Shown here: positions 17,006 through 26,806 of the stretch, in pieces
Numbering within the stretch: the stretch's first letter is position 1
Layout of the letters: the number at the start of each line of letters is the position of its first letter
Assembly (NCBI GenBank): GCA_965243595.1
Contig: OZ251569.1
Location: forward strand, 1,877,907-1,941,906
DNA from: Thermodesulfobacteriota bacterium
Lineage (GTDB): Bacteria > Desulfobacterota_D > UBA1144 > Nemesobacterales > Nemesobacteraceae
DNA: 64,000 nucleotides
Direction of reading: 5' to 3'
Program-made: the position numbers and the translations under genes
The notes under the pieces: generated by a model
Told to the model about the DNA's origin: nothing
What the model saw: only the letters and a program-made list of their open reading frames with translations
The model's database searches: none

Positions 17006-17671
17006 TCACTCGACGTATATGCTTGCCCCGTATCCCCGTCTTCTCAGGGTCTTGCGGACTCTCTCCGCGTCCCCGCGACGGTGGAACATCCCGACCCTGA
17101 CCCTGTAGTAAGTATCCCCCCCAGCGACGAAAGATTCCACCCTGACGGGCTCGTTGACGACCCCGGAAATCTTCCTTTCGAGGGCGAGGGCGTTTTTCCT
17201 GCTGCTGAAAGAGCCCGCCTGGACGGTGTAGAGAGCGACGAAAAGACTGTCCGACCTTTTCGACGGGGTGGAGAGGACCTCGATCTTCACCTTCGCCACG
17301 CCGCTTCTTATGAGTCCCACGGCTTTCGCCGCGGCGTAGGAGAGGTCGATCACCCTGCCCTTCACGTAAGGACCCCTGTCGTTTATCCTGACCACCACTT
17401 TCCTTCCGTTGTCGAGATTGGTGACGCGCACCACGGTCCCGAAGGGAAGGGCCTTGTGCGCCGCGGTGTAGGAGTACCTGCTGAACTTCTCCCCGCTCGC
17501 CGAAGCGTTGCCGTGCTCCTTGTCCCCGTACCACGAGGCCTTTCCGTACTGGACTTTTCCCGTCGACCCCGGAGGGGAGACGGCGCGGCTCTCCCGCTTC
17601 GGCAGACCGACGAAGGGAATGCATCCGGAGAGAAAAAACAGGCACGCCAGGGCGAGATTCGTCCACTTCAT
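17006..17671 (-). CDS. rlpA: Septal ring lytic transglycosylase RlpA-family lipoprotein with C-terminal SPOR-like domain
   Basis: Lipobox FFLSGC. DPBB core GKASWYGDKEHGNASASGEKF...VRVTNLDNGRKVVVRINDRGPY. The C-terminus YTVQAGSFSSRKNALALERKI is SPOR-like. Confidence 0.8.
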   Translation of the reverse strand: MKWTNLALACLFFLSGCIPFVGLPKRESRAVSPPGSTGKVQYGKASWYGDKEHGNASASGEKFSRYSYTAAHKALPFGTVVRVTNLDNGRKVVVRINDRGPYVKGRVIDLSYAAAKAVGLIRSGVAKVKIEVLSTPSKRSDSLFVALYTVQAGSFSSRKNALALERKISGVVNEPVRVESFVAGGDTYYRVRVGMFHRRGDAERVRKTLRRRGYGASIYVE

Positions 17672-17772
17672 ACCGCCTTATTGTAACATAAATAAGGCCC
17701 GCGGGGGCGCGGGCGGGCTTGAGATTGCGCGCAACCGTAATAAAATACTGCATCCGAAGACAGGCGCGCGGA

Positions 17773-18966
17773 ATGAACCGACCCGACTACAACTTCCCCA
17801 TCATAGACAGGCTCCCTCCCTACGTTCTCGGCGTCGTGAACGAGCTCAAGCACCGGGCCCGGGCGAGGGGCGAGGACATAATCGACCTGGGCATGGGCAA
17901 TCCCGACCAGGCCACGCCGCGACACATAGTAGAGAAGCTGAGAGAGGCGGTCGGGGAGCCCAGGAACCACAGGTACTCGACATCCGCGGGACTTCCCAAG
18001 CTTCGCCTGGCGGTGGCGGACTGGTACGCGAGAAAGTACGACGTCGACATCGACCCGGATTCCGAGGCCGTGGCGACCATAGGAAGCAAGGAAGGCATAT
18101 CGCACCTGATGCTTTCCATACTCTCGCCGGGAGACGTCGCGGTGGTTCCCGACCCCACTTACCCCATACACAGCTACTCGGTGATCATAGCGGGGGGAAC
18201 CGTCCACAGCTTCCCGATGGGAGAGGACGAAGACCTCGCGGCGTCCATAGAGAAGTCGATAAGGGAAGCCCGCCCGAGACCCAAGGTTCTCATCATATCC
18301 TTTCCCAACAATCCGACCACGAAGGTCGTGGACCTGGAATTTTTCGAAAAGATCTGCGACCTGGCCAGGGAAGCGGGGCTGGTGGTGGTGCACGACCTGG
18401 TCTACGCGGAACTGTGCTACGACGGATACAGGGCTCCCAGCATTCTTCAGGTCAGGGGAGCGAAGGAAGTCGCCGTGGAGTTCTACTCGCTTTCCAAAAG
18501 CTACAACATGCCCGGATGGCGGGTCGGCTTCATGGTGGGAAATCCCGAGATCGTCTCCGCTCTCAAAAGAATCAAAAGCTACCTCGACTACGGAATATTC
18601 CAGCCCATACAGATATCGGCCATAACGGCCCTGAACGGTCCCGAGCGCCACGTGGAGAACGTCAGGGAAACCTACAGGTCGAGGCGGGACAAGCTGGTCG
18701 AGTCCTTCTCGAGGGCGGGATGGGAAATTCCCAAGCCCCCGGCCACCATGTTCGCGTGGGCGAAGATACCGCCCGAGTTCGAAAACATGGGTTCGCTTGA
18801 ATTCTCGAAGCTGCTGATAGAGAAGTCGAAGGTGGCGGTGTCTCCCGGGGCGGGCTTCGGAAGATGCGGAGAGGGTTTCGTGAGACTCGCGCTCGTCGAA
18901 AACGAAAACAGGATAACGCAGGCGGCCAGGGGAGTGAAAAAGCTGCTGCGGGGCGCGGCGGGCTGA
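17773..18966 (+). CDS. PLP-dependent aminotransferase, class I/II (AlaC/AspC-like)
   Basis: Starts MNRPDYNF at ATG 17773. Motifs LGMGNPD and YSLSKSYNMPGWRVGF (PLP lysine). A promoter-like TTGAGA-N16-TAAAAT lies at 17719-17746. Confidence 0.8.
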   Translation: MNRPDYNFPIIDRLPPYVLGVVNELKHRARARGEDIIDLGMGNPDQATPRHIVEKLREAVGEPRNHRYSTSAGLPKLRLAVADWYARKYDVDIDPDSEAVATIGSKEGISHLMLSILSPGDVAVVPDPTYPIHSYSVIIAGGTVHSFPMGEDEDLAASIEKSIREARPRPKVLIISFPNNPTTKVVDLEFFEKICDLAREAGLVVVHDLVYAELCYDGYRAPSILQVRGAKEVAVEFYSLSKSYNMPGWRVGFMVGNPEIVSALKRIKSYLDYGIFQPIQISAITALNGPERHVENVRETYRSRRDKLVESFSRAGWEIPKPPATMFAWAKIPPEFENMGSLEFSKLLIEKSKVAVSPGAGFGRCGEGFVRLALVENENRITQAARGVKKLLRGAAG

Positions 18967-18967
18967 C

Positions 18968-20848
18968 CTAGAACGCCTGGCCTATGCTCACGAATATCCT
19001 CAGCCTGCGGTCCCTTTCCGCGGCGGCGGGGTTGAGAAGGTAGCCGAAATCAAGCCTGACGGGGCCTATCGCCGTGTGATACCTGAGCCCCGCTCCGGCG
19101 GCGTACTTGAGGTCGCCCAGGTCGAAGCCGAAGCTCTCGGGATAAACGTTTCCGTAGTCGACAAAGGCCACCGCCCCTAGCTTCCTCAAAGGGGGAAAGC
19201 GCACCTCTACGTTTCCCACCATGATGGAGTTTCCCCCCAGGGGGTCGCGGGAGGAGTTCAGCGGTCCCAGCTCCTGGAACGAGTAGCCTCTCATGCTGGT
19301 GCTTCCGCCGGCGAAAAACCTCTTGAAGATCGGAACGTCGATCGGGCCGGTGGCCCCGAACGTGTTTATGTTCCCGATGGTGAACCTTTTTCCCAGGACG
19401 AAGCCGAAGGCGTCCACGTAGTGCCTGAATTCCGCCAGGGACTTGAGGTAGTCGGTGCTGCTGGAACTGGCTATCTGGAAAGGCCTTTCGAGGGAAAGCA
19501 GCGCCCGCGACCCGCGGGTCGGGTTTATGAAGCTGTTGGTTCCGTCGTATTCGAGTCCCAGGGCGACCAGGGTCATGTACACGTTGTCCCTGGCCCTTTC
19601 GGTGGGCGTTCTCACAACCTGCGAATCTATGTCGGCGTATATGAGGACCACGGAACCCGAAACGGTCAGGTCGTCCCAAAGTTCCTTCGACAGGGTGCTG
19701 TCGAAATCGTAGCTCACGCCCTCGTAGCCCGGAAAGTCGTCCCTTCTGATGTCGACGAGGAAGGAGAGGTTGGAATTGCGGCCGATGACGTGGGGCTGGT
19801 CGAGCTTGGCCCAGAGGCCGCGGGTAAGGGACGAGTAGCCGGAAGTCACCCGCAGAATCCTTCCCCCGCCGAGAAAATTCTTCTGGGTCCACGCGAGCTG
19901 CGCCCGGAACCTGTCCTCCGTCGCGTATCCCGCGCCGAGCTTGACGGTTCCGAGCTTGCTCTCGGTGACGCTGTACCGGGTGTCTATCTCGAGCGCTTCC
20001 CTGTCGTAGTCGAGATCGACGATGACCGAGCTGAAAAAACCCGTCTTGAAAATGTTCGAGCGCGATTTCCGGGTCTTTTTAGGGGAGAACACTTCCCCCT
20101 TTTCATGCTCTATCTCCCGTTCGAGAAGTCCGGTGGCGATGCTGGAATTCCCGCTGAACGTCGCGTCTCCGAAAGAGTACCGCCGGCCCGGGTCGACGAC
20201 GAATTCGACGTCGACCCCTCTTTTCCTGAGATTCACTATCGCCTCGGACTCGACCTCCGCCAGCACGTAACCCTCCCCCGACAGCATCTCCGCGATGACG
20301 ACTTTCGACTCCCGGTACTTTATCTGGGAAAAACGCCTTCCTTCCCGAAGCGGAATCGCCTTCCTCACGGCGGCCGCGTAGTCGTTCGGCCAGTCGGCGA
20401 GCACCCTGACGACGAGACTGTTCACCTCCACCGGGTCTCCCTGGTCCACCGTTATCTCTATGTCGACCTTGCGGCCCCCGTCCCTGAACGCGATGTCGCG
20501 CGTCACGGAAGAAGAGTAGTAGCCGTGATCCCTCATCAGCTGCTCTATCCTTCTTACGTCGTCTTCCAGAAGCTGCCTGTCGAACTCCGGGTCGCTCTTC
20601 CAGGGCTTTTTCGAGGGAAACGGCGTGAGCATCGATTTTTTCACCGTTCCGACGCTTATGTCCCCAAGTCCCCTTATCCTGAGCGAGGAGATGACGGCCG
20701 TCCCGTCCTTTTCCGCGTTCTGGGCCAGCGCGGCGGGGACGGAATAAAAAATCGAAGGGAAAAAGAGCCCCGCCGCGAGAAAGAAGAGGAAAAAGGCCCC
20801 CAAGCCTTTTCCCCCGCGGCTCGAAGATATAATAAAGTTCCTTTCCAT
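18968..20848 (-). CDS. Omp85-family outer membrane protein (BamA/TamA-like, short POTRA region)
   Basis: Internal ATG at 20848 gives a 626-aa protein with a signal-like N-terminus, POTRA-like repeats, a beta-barrel and the terminal ...VSIGQAF. The upstream 151 codons of the track ORF are Arg-rich junk. Confidence 0.75.
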   Translation of the reverse strand: MERNFIISSSRGGKGLGAFFLFFLAAGLFFPSIFYSVPAALAQNAEKDGTAVISSLRIRGLGDISVGTVKKSMLTPFPSKKPWKSDPEFDRQLLEDDVRRIEQLMRDHGYYSSSVTRDIAFRDGGRKVDIEITVDQGDPVEVNSLVVRVLADWPNDYAAAVRKAIPLREGRRFSQIKYRESKVVIAEMLSGEGYVLAEVESEAIVNLRKRGVDVEFVVDPGRRYSFGDATFSGNSSIATGLLEREIEHEKGEVFSPKKTRKSRSNIFKTGFFSSVIVDLDYDREALEIDTRYSVTESKLGTVKLGAGYATEDRFRAQLAWTQKNFLGGGRILRVTSGYSSLTRGLWAKLDQPHVIGRNSNLSFLVDIRRDDFPGYEGVSYDFDSTLSKELWDDLTVSGSVVLIYADIDSQVVRTPTERARDNVYMTLVALGLEYDGTNSFINPTRGSRALLSLERPFQIASSSSTDYLKSLAEFRHYVDAFGFVLGKRFTIGNINTFGATGPIDVPIFKRFFAGGSTSMRGYSFQELGPLNSSRDPLGGNSIMVGNVEVRFPPLRKLGAVAFVDYGNVYPESFGFDLGDLKYAAGAGLRYHTAIGPVRLDFGYLLNPAAAERDRRLRIFVSIGQAF

Positions 20849-21092
20849 TCTGCGCTGGGAGCGGCCCGGGCGGTGGTCCGGGAAACGAACGCGGATACGG
20901 CGGCCCCGCGAAAATAGTAACCTGATTTCCGCGTAAAACCACAGGAACCCGGCCGGCGGGCCCCAATGCGCCCCCCGCGACCTCGGGCGGGCTCCCGGGC
21001 GGGGGCGGCAATTTCCCGTCCCCCGAAGCGGCTCTCCCTGCGCCGGCTCGGGAAATATGGTAGAATTCCCGCCGGAGGGGTTTTTCGGAACC

Positions 21093-21413
21093 ATGGAATT
21101 TCTGCTTCTGATACTGTTCGTTCTTCTCGGGTTCCTGCTCGGGACGTTCATCCTCGGAAACTTCTTCTTCCTGGTCTTCATGAAGCTTCCGCAGCTGATG
21201 AGAGCCGAGCCCAAGACGCCGGTGCGCACCCTCGGGCATTTTTTCCTGGAGACGTTCGGATGGATTCTCCTGCTCGCGGCTCTAGTGTTTCTTTTCCGCA
21301 AGTACCTGCCGGGGCACGAGGTGCTTTTCTACTGCGGAATATGCGTGGCGCTGGCCTTCCACGTGGGAAGCCTGCTCAAGTTCTACGGCAAGCCGCACCC
21401 GGGCAAGAAGTGA
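21093..21413 (+). CDS. Small integral membrane protein, unknown function
   Basis: MEFLLLILFVLLGFLLGTFILGNFFFLVFM... with about 3 TM helices. It is preceded by an extended -10 TGgTAGAAT (21058-21066) and SD GGAGGGG (21074-21080). Confidence 0.5.
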   Translation: MEFLLLILFVLLGFLLGTFILGNFFFLVFMKLPQLMRAEPKTPVRTLGHFFLETFGWILLLAALVFLFRKYLPGHEVLFYCGICVALAFHVGSLLKFYGKPHPGKK

Positions 21414-21426
21414 AGGACGCCGCGAG

Positions 21427-22038
21427 CTAGCGGGGACGCGTGGAATAGTCGCCGTCCACGAACATTTCCCTGGCGGGGTCCCCCGGAGCGTTCCTTCTCT
21501 TGATTTTGAGGTCCGCGTCCGTCTTTTTCCCCAGAACGGACTTGCTCACGTATTCGAGCTTTATGGTCTTCTTGTCGGGATTGACGCTCATCAGAACCAG
21601 GGTGTCGGGAAGATCCCACCTGGTCACCTCGTAGGAAAAAACCCTGTCGCGCTTGAACGATTCGCCCAGATCCCCGCGGATGTCCGCCTCGATACGGCTC
21701 CTGGCGGACGCGAGCCCTTCCCCGTCGTCGAAACTCAGAAGAAGGGAACTGGACATGAGCCTGTCTTCGTAGAATTCGAGCAGGGTGCTGCGCCCGGGTC
21801 CCGAAGCGGGGCCGGTGGAGGAGGCGCGCAGAACCACCTTCCTGAGCTTTTTCGAGTACTTGCTGTCCGAAGCCACCTCGAGACCGAGCGTCCCCGTTCT
21901 GGCGAGAGCCTCCTTCCTGGAAATCCCGAAATCGAAACCGTGCGGGGACGCGACGTTCGCCTCGCCCCGCGCCGGAAAAGCCGGCGGAAGGAGAAGAATC
22001 GAGAAAACGAACGCGAGACCCGCTGCAGTCAAGTTCAT
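21427..22038 (-). CDS. Secreted hypothetical protein
   Basis: Internal ATG 22038 sits behind SD GGAGGG. The signal peptide is MNLTAAGLAFVFSILLLPPAFPARGEA, and the protein is 203 aa. The upstream part of ORF 21427-22419 has a non-protein-like composition. Confidence 0.6.
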   Translation of the reverse strand: MNLTAAGLAFVFSILLLPPAFPARGEANVASPHGFDFGISRKEALARTGTLGLEVASDSKYSKKLRKVVLRASSTGPASGPGRSTLLEFYEDRLMSSSLLLSFDDGEGLASARSRIEADIRGDLGESFKRDRVFSYEVTRWDLPDTLVLMSVNPDKKTIKLEYVSKSVLGKKTDADLKIKRRNAPGDPAREMFVDGDYSTRPR

Positions 22039-22134
22039 GCCGTACCCTCCCGACACCGGAGAACCCCGGTATGTTAAAGTATTCAGATTCCGGCCGCTTC
22101 GGCGGCACGGGGAATACGATACCGCAAGACCGAA

Positions 22135-22599
22135 ATGGAAACAATCATCGGAGTCATCGGAGCCTCGGCCGCAGGGGAGCGCGAAAGAACGACGGCGCGG
22201 AGGGTCGGCAGGCTGCTCGGGGAGGCGCGATGCGTCCTGCTCTGCGGCGGCGGGGGAGGAGTGATGGAATCGGCGTGCGAGGGAGCGAGGTCGGCCGGGG
22301 GAACCACGATAGGAATTCTTCCGGGGACCGAGCGCCTGGAGGCCAACGGGTTCGTCGACATACCGGTCGTCACGGGAATGGGCGAAGCCAGAAACGTGAT
22401 AGTCGTCAAGTCGAGTCAATGCGTGATAGCCGTGGGAGGGGGATTCGGCACGCTGTCGGAGATATCGTTCGCCCTCAAGTCGGGCGTGCCGGTCGTCGGG
22501 CTTGACACGTGGGGCGTCTCGGAGAAAATTATCGCCTGCGAAACCCCCGAGGAAGCGGTCGGAAAGGCCCTCGCTCTCGCGCGCGGAGAAGACGGATAG
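22135..22599 (+). CDS. LOG-family / TIGR00725-like Rossmann protein (possible nucleotide phosphoribohydrolase)
   Basis: 154 aa with CGGGGGVMESA and the LOG-type signature GGGFGTLSE (PGGxGTxxE-like). Confidence 0.65.
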   Translation: METIIGVIGASAAGERERTTARRVGRLLGEARCVLLCGGGGGVMESACEGARSAGGTTIGILPGTERLEANGFVDIPVVTGMGEARNVIVVKSSQCVIAVGGGFGTLSEISFALKSGVPVVGLDTWGVSEKIIACETPEEAVGKALALARGEDG

Positions 22600-22628
22600 G
22601 GGGGCTTTCGCCGCGCCGGAAGGAATAA

Positions 22629-23150
22629 ATGGAAGACTTGGCCAGCCACGTGAGAAAGGTCCCCGGCTTTCCCAGGGAGGGAATAGTCTTTTACGACATA
22701 ACGACCCTTCTCAAGAACGCGGAAGCTTTCCGCAGGTCCGTGGACATGATGGCCGAGATGCTCGACGGAAGGGAGATAACGTCCTTCGCCGGGCCCGAAT
22801 CCCGGGGCTTCATCTTCGCTTCGGCCCTCGCGCTCAAGCTCGGCAAGGGACTCATAGTCACGAGAAAGCCGGGCAAGCTTCCCCACTCCACGGCGAGCGT
22901 TTCCTACGATCTGGAGTACGGAAGGGCGAGCCTCGAGATTCACGAGGACGCGGTGAACGCCGAAAGCAGAATCGTGGTCGTCGACGACCTTCTGGCCACC
23001 GGAGGCACCGCGCGCGCCACGGGAGACCTCGTGGAGAGGCTCGGAGGCGCCGTGACCGGATACCTCTTTCTCATAGAGCTCGAGGGACTCGGGGGAGCGG
23101 AATCGCTGTCCCCCCGCCCCGTCTGGTCCGTGCTCAAGATGCCGGGATGA
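22629..23150 (+). CDS. apt: Adenine phosphoribosyltransferase
   Basis: FPREGIVFYDITTLL... plus the PRPP motif IVVVDDLLATGGTA. Confidence 0.9.
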   Translation: MEDLASHVRKVPGFPREGIVFYDITTLLKNAEAFRRSVDMMAEMLDGREITSFAGPESRGFIFASALALKLGKGLIVTRKPGKLPHSTASVSYDLEYGRASLEIHEDAVNAESRIVVVDDLLATGGTARATGDLVERLGGAVTGYLFLIELEGLGGAESLSPRPVWSVLKMPG

Positions 23151-23153
23151 GAA

Positions 23154-24266
23154 TTGAAGAATATAAGAGTCACAGTCGATAGAGACGGAAACGGTTTCTA
23201 CGAAATCCTGATCGGCCGGGGACTGCTGGGACGGGTCGCGGGGGACCTCGCGGAAGCCGGCGTCGCCCACTCCCTCGCGCTGGTGACCGACTCCAACGTG
23301 GCGGAGCTCTACGCGGAGGAACTTCTCGGCGACATGAGGTCCCGCTTCGCGAAAGTCGAGCTGATAGTCTTTCCGGCCGGGGAGAAAAGCAAGAACAGGG
23401 AGACGAAGTCCTTCATAGAGGACAGGATGCTCGATTCGGGATTCGGCAGGGACTCCTGCGTCGTGGCCCTCGGCGGAGGGGTGGTCGGAGACGTGGCGGG
23501 ATTCGCGGCGGCGACCTACATGAGGGGAATTCCGTGCGTGCAGGCGCCTACCAGCCTCGTCGCCTGCGTCGACAGCTCCGTGGGAGGAAAAACCGCCGTG
23601 GACACGCGTCACGGAAAGAACCTCGTCGGGGCGTTTCACCAGCCGTGGCGGGTGTACGCGGACACCGACGTCCTGAAGACGCTGGGAAGAAGGGAGCTTC
23701 GCGAAGGACTCGCGGAGATAATAAAGTACGGAGCGATAAGAAGCCCGGAGCTTTTCCGCTACCTGGAAGAGAACGTCGAGAAAGTCCACATGCTCGACGA
23801 CCGGGTTCTTCGCGACGTGATAGAGGCAAGCTGCGAAATCAAGGCGCGGGTGGTCGAGCTTGACGAAAAGGAGCGGAGCCTGAGGAAGATTCTCAACTTC
23901 GGACACACGGCGGGACACGCCCTGGAGCAGCTCTCGGGCTACGCCCTCTCCCACGGAGAAGCGATTTCGATCGGAATGGCGGTCGAGGGAGAGATCGCCC
24001 TCGGGGAAACCTCCTGGAGCGGACGGGACCAGGACAGGCTCGTGGAACTTCTGCGCAGGGCGGAACTCCCGACCGACTGTCCCCCCGACATCGACCCGCG
24101 GAAGATAACGGACGTCATGAAAATCGACAAGAAGGCCCGCGGCGGCGAAATAGAGATGGCGCTTCCCGCCCGCGTGGGGAAGATGGAAGAACGGAACGGA
24201 AACTACGGAATAAGGGTCGGCGAAGAGAAAATAGCCTCGGTTCTCGGAGCCCCGCGCGGGAAATGA
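23154..24266 (+). CDS. aroB: 3-dehydroquinate synthase
   Basis: 370 aa. GGGVVGDVAGFAAATYMRGIP..., GGKTAVD, HTAGHALE. Confidence 0.9.
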   Translation: MKNIRVTVDRDGNGFYEILIGRGLLGRVAGDLAEAGVAHSLALVTDSNVAELYAEELLGDMRSRFAKVELIVFPAGEKSKNRETKSFIEDRMLDSGFGRDSCVVALGGGVVGDVAGFAAATYMRGIPCVQAPTSLVACVDSSVGGKTAVDTRHGKNLVGAFHQPWRVYADTDVLKTLGRRELREGLAEIIKYGAIRSPELFRYLEENVEKVHMLDDRVLRDVIEASCEIKARVVELDEKERSLRKILNFGHTAGHALEQLSGYALSHGEAISIGMAVEGEIALGETSWSGRDQDRLVELLRRAELPTDCPPDIDPRKITDVMKIDKKARGGEIEMALPARVGKMEERNGNYGIRVGEEKIASVLGAPRGK

Positions 24267-24940
24267 AGCCCGAAGACCCGGCGCTCGACCTCTCCCTGTA
24301 CACCTTTCCCGTCGGCGGGGAGGAGATATTCGGCAACGGCAGGCCCGTCGCGCTCGAAATAGGTTTCGGGGAGGGAGAATTCCTCATAAACGAGGCGCGC
24401 GAAAACGAATCGAGGAACTACCTGGGCGTCGAGATCAAGGGGGGAAGATTCCGAAAGGCCGTCGGGGCCGCGAAAAAACTCTGCAGGGGAAACGCGAGGT
24501 TCGCGCACATAGAGGCCGAAATCGCTCTCGCGCAGGTCTTTCGCGAAAACACGTTCGACATTGTGTTCATAAACTTCCCCGACCCGTGGCCCAAGAAAAA
24601 ACACTCGAAGCACAGGATGTTCAACCGGCGGTTCATCGGCCTCCTCTCCGGAGCGCTCGCGGCGGGCGGGAAAACGGTAGTAAAGACCGACCAGCTGCCC
24701 TACATGGAAGAAATAGCGCGGGAATTTTGCGCAAGCGGCCTGTTTCGCTCCGCCTGCCCTCCTCCCGGTTTCACGGAGGTTTCGGGCGGCGAAGCGAAAA
24801 CGAAGTTCGAAAAACTGTTTCGGGAAAACTCGGAGAGAATATTCACGGCGACCTTCGTCAGCCCGGCGCGACGGACCGGCCGCGGGCTCCCCGTTCCCGA
24901 AGCGGCAATTGACATTAACAGTCCGCTATGTATTAAGTAG
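24263..24940 (+). CDS. trmB: tRNA (guanine-N7)-methyltransferase
   Basis: [11 protein letters not shown]... and [14 protein letters not shown]. The start overlaps the aroB stop (ATGA). Confidence 0.85.
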   Translation: MKPEDPALDLSLYTFPVGGEEIFGNGRPVALEIGFGEGEFLINEARENESRNYLGVEIKGGRFRKAVGAAKKLCRGNARFAHIEAEIALAQVFRENTFDIVFINFPDPWPKKKHSKHRMFNRRFIGLLSGALAAGGKTVVKTDQLPYMEEIAREFCASGLFRSACPPPGFTEVSGGEAKTKFEKLFRENSERIFTATFVSPARRTGRGLPVPEAAIDINSPLCIK

Positions 24941-24974
24941 TGTCTTTTTCGCGCAGCCACGGAGGATTTCTGAA

Positions 24975-25994
24975 ATGATAGTGATAATGAAAACCGGAGC
25001 CACGGGAGACGAGATAGACAACGTCAAGTCCGTCATCAGGGAACTGGGCTATTCGCCGCATCCGATCGAGGGAGTCCTGAGAACCGTAATCGGGGTGGTC
25101 GGGGACGAGAGGGGAAAACCGGAGCACCTCGACAGCCTCAAGCAGCTCCAGGGGGTCGACAAGGTCGTTCCCGTGCTGCAGCCCTACAAGCTCACGAGCC
25201 GGGAGGTAAACGACGAAACCTCCTTCTTCGACGTGGACGGCGTAACCGTGGGGGGCGGGAAGGTTCAGATAATCGCGGGGCCGTGCTCGGTCGAAAACGA
25301 AGACCAGATCATGACGATAGCGGCTTCCATAAAGGATTCGGGCGCGGCTATGCTCCGGGGAGGAGCGTTCAAGCCCAGGACTTCCCCGTACTCCTTCCAG
25401 GGTCTCGGAAAAGAGGGACTGGAGCTTCTGGCGAAGGCGAAGGAGGAAACCGGCCTGCCGGTGGTCACTGAAATAATGGGTCCCGACGACCTGGAGCTGG
25501 TGGAGCAGTACGCGGACGTGCTTCAGATCGGGGCGAGAAACTCCCAGAACTACTCGCTTCTAAAACACGTGGGCAGGTCCGGCAAGGCCGTTCTGCTGAA
25601 GCGCGGAATGTCGACCTCGATAAACGAATTCCTGATGTGCGCCGAATACATACTTTCGGAAGGCAACAGCAAGGTGATGCTCTGCGAGAGGGGAATAAGA
25701 ACGTTCGAGACTTCGACCAGAAACACCTTCGACCTCAACGCGATACCGGTTCTCAAGGAAAAGACCCACCTCCCGGTGTTCGCCGACCCGAGTCACGGAA
25801 CCGGATACTGGCAGTACGTGATTCCCGTGACGCTCGCTTCGATAGCCGCGGGCGCGGACGGAGTGATAGTCGAGGTTCACGACAACCCCGAAACCGCGGT
25901 AAGCGACGGAAACCAGTCGCTCAAGCCCCGGACGTTCAGGACCCTCATGGAAAAGGCGGCCCCGGTGGCCGAAGCCGTGGGAAGAACCGTTTAG
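24975..25994 (+). CDS. 3-deoxy-7-phosphoheptulonate (DAHP) synthase, type I-beta with N-terminal regulatory domain
   Basis: ATG 24975 sits behind SD GGAGGA. There is an N-terminal ACT/ferredoxin-like module ([25 protein letters not shown]), then [13 protein letters not shown]...KRGMS...CERGIRTFE. Confidence 0.8.
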   Translation: MIVIMKTGATGDEIDNVKSVIRELGYSPHPIEGVLRTVIGVVGDERGKPEHLDSLKQLQGVDKVVPVLQPYKLTSREVNDETSFFDVDGVTVGGGKVQIIAGPCSVENEDQIMTIAASIKDSGAAMLRGGAFKPRTSPYSFQGLGKEGLELLAKAKEETGLPVVTEIMGPDDLELVEQYADVLQIGARNSQNYSLLKHVGRSGKAVLLKRGMSTSINEFLMCAEYILSEGNSKVMLCERGIRTFETSTRNTFDLNAIPVLKEKTHLPVFADPSHGTGYWQYVIPVTLASIAAGADGVIVEVHDNPETAVSDGNQSLKPRTFRTLMEKAAPVAEAVGRTV

Positions 25995-26617
25995 GAACCG
26001 CCCGGGCGTCCGGACACGAAAACCCTTCTGCCCTTCACCAGCAGCCTGCCCTCGCAGAAAAGCCGCACGGCCTCGGGCAGTATCCTGTGTTCCTGGGCGT
26101 GAACCTTGTCGAGCACGGTCCGTTCTGTATCTTCCTGGGAAACCGGAACCGCCGCCTGGAGAATTATGGGACCCGCGTCCACTTCCTCGCTCACGAAATG
26201 AACCGTGCAGCCGGTCTGCCTGACCCCGTATTCGACGGCCCTGGCGACGGCTCCCGCGCCGGGAAAGGACGGCAGGAGGGAAGGATGAACGTTGATTATG
26301 CGGTCGCGGAAGAGATTTATGAAGTAGGGAGTGAGTATTCTCATGAACCCGGCCAGCACCACGAGCCCCACGTCGTAGCGGTCGAGTCTTCCCACGACCT
26401 CCCTTTCGAACTCCTCCCTCGATCCGAAGTCCCCGCTGGCGGCCACTTCCACGGCGATGCCGTGCTTCTCCGCCCTGGCGACCGCCCGCGCGCCCGGAAC
26501 GTTGCAGACGACCACCGCCAGATTCGCGGATTCTATGTCCGCGTCTATTATCGCCTGGAGATTGGTTCCGCTTCCCGAGACGAAAACCGCAACGTTGGTC
26601 TTTGACATCGCAGACAC
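25991..26617 (-). CDS. purN: Phosphoribosylglycinamide formyltransferase
   Basis: [13 protein letters not shown]...[12 protein letters not shown]...[13 protein letters not shown]. Confidence 0.9.
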   Translation of the reverse strand: MSAMSKTNVAVFVSGSGTNLQAIIDADIESANLAVVVCNVPGARAVARAEKHGIAVEVAASGDFGSREEFEREVVGRLDRYDVGLVVLAGFMRILTPYFINLFRDRIINVHPSLLPSFPGAGAVARAVEYGVRQTGCTVHFVSEEVDAGPIILQAAVPVSQEDTERTVLDKVHAQEHRILPEAVRLFCEGRLLVKGRRVFVSGRPGGS

Positions 26618-26647
26618 CGACGGAGAAGAAAAGAGGGGAAGAAAAAA

Positions 26648-26760
26648 AGGGCAGCTACCTACTTTCCCACTCCTGAAAGGAGCAGTATCATCGGCCTACA
26701 AGGACTTAACTTCCGGGTTCGGGATGGGACCGGGTGCTTCCCCTTCAGCATAGCCACCCT
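26648..26760 (-). rRNA. rrf: 5S ribosomal RNA (113 nt), not linked to 23S/16S
   Basis: The reverse complement reads AGGGUGGCUAUGCUGAAGGGGAAGCACCCGGUCCCAUCCCGAACCCGGAAGUUAAGUCCUUGUAGGCCGAUGAUACUGCUCCUUUCAGGAGUGGGAAAGUAGGUAGCUGCCCU. It carries the universal CCGAAC...GAAGUUAAG and GAUGAUACU...GGGAAAGUAGGU blocks. Helix I pairs AGGGUGGCUA with UAGCUGCCCU, followed by U7. Confidence 0.9.
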
Positions 26761-26769
26761 AGAATTTTT

Positions 26770-26797
26770 ATTTTACGGCGGCGGGGAAAAATGTCAA
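26770..26797 (-). promoter_or_regulatory. Dedicated 5S rRNA promoter TTGACA-N16-TAAAAT
   Basis: On the minus strand, -35 is at 26797..26792 and -10 at 26775..26770. The predicted transcription start site (TSS), about 26763, is within 2-3 nt of the mature 5S 5' end. Confidence 0.6.
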
Positions 26798-26806
26798 GGG
26801 AAGCCG

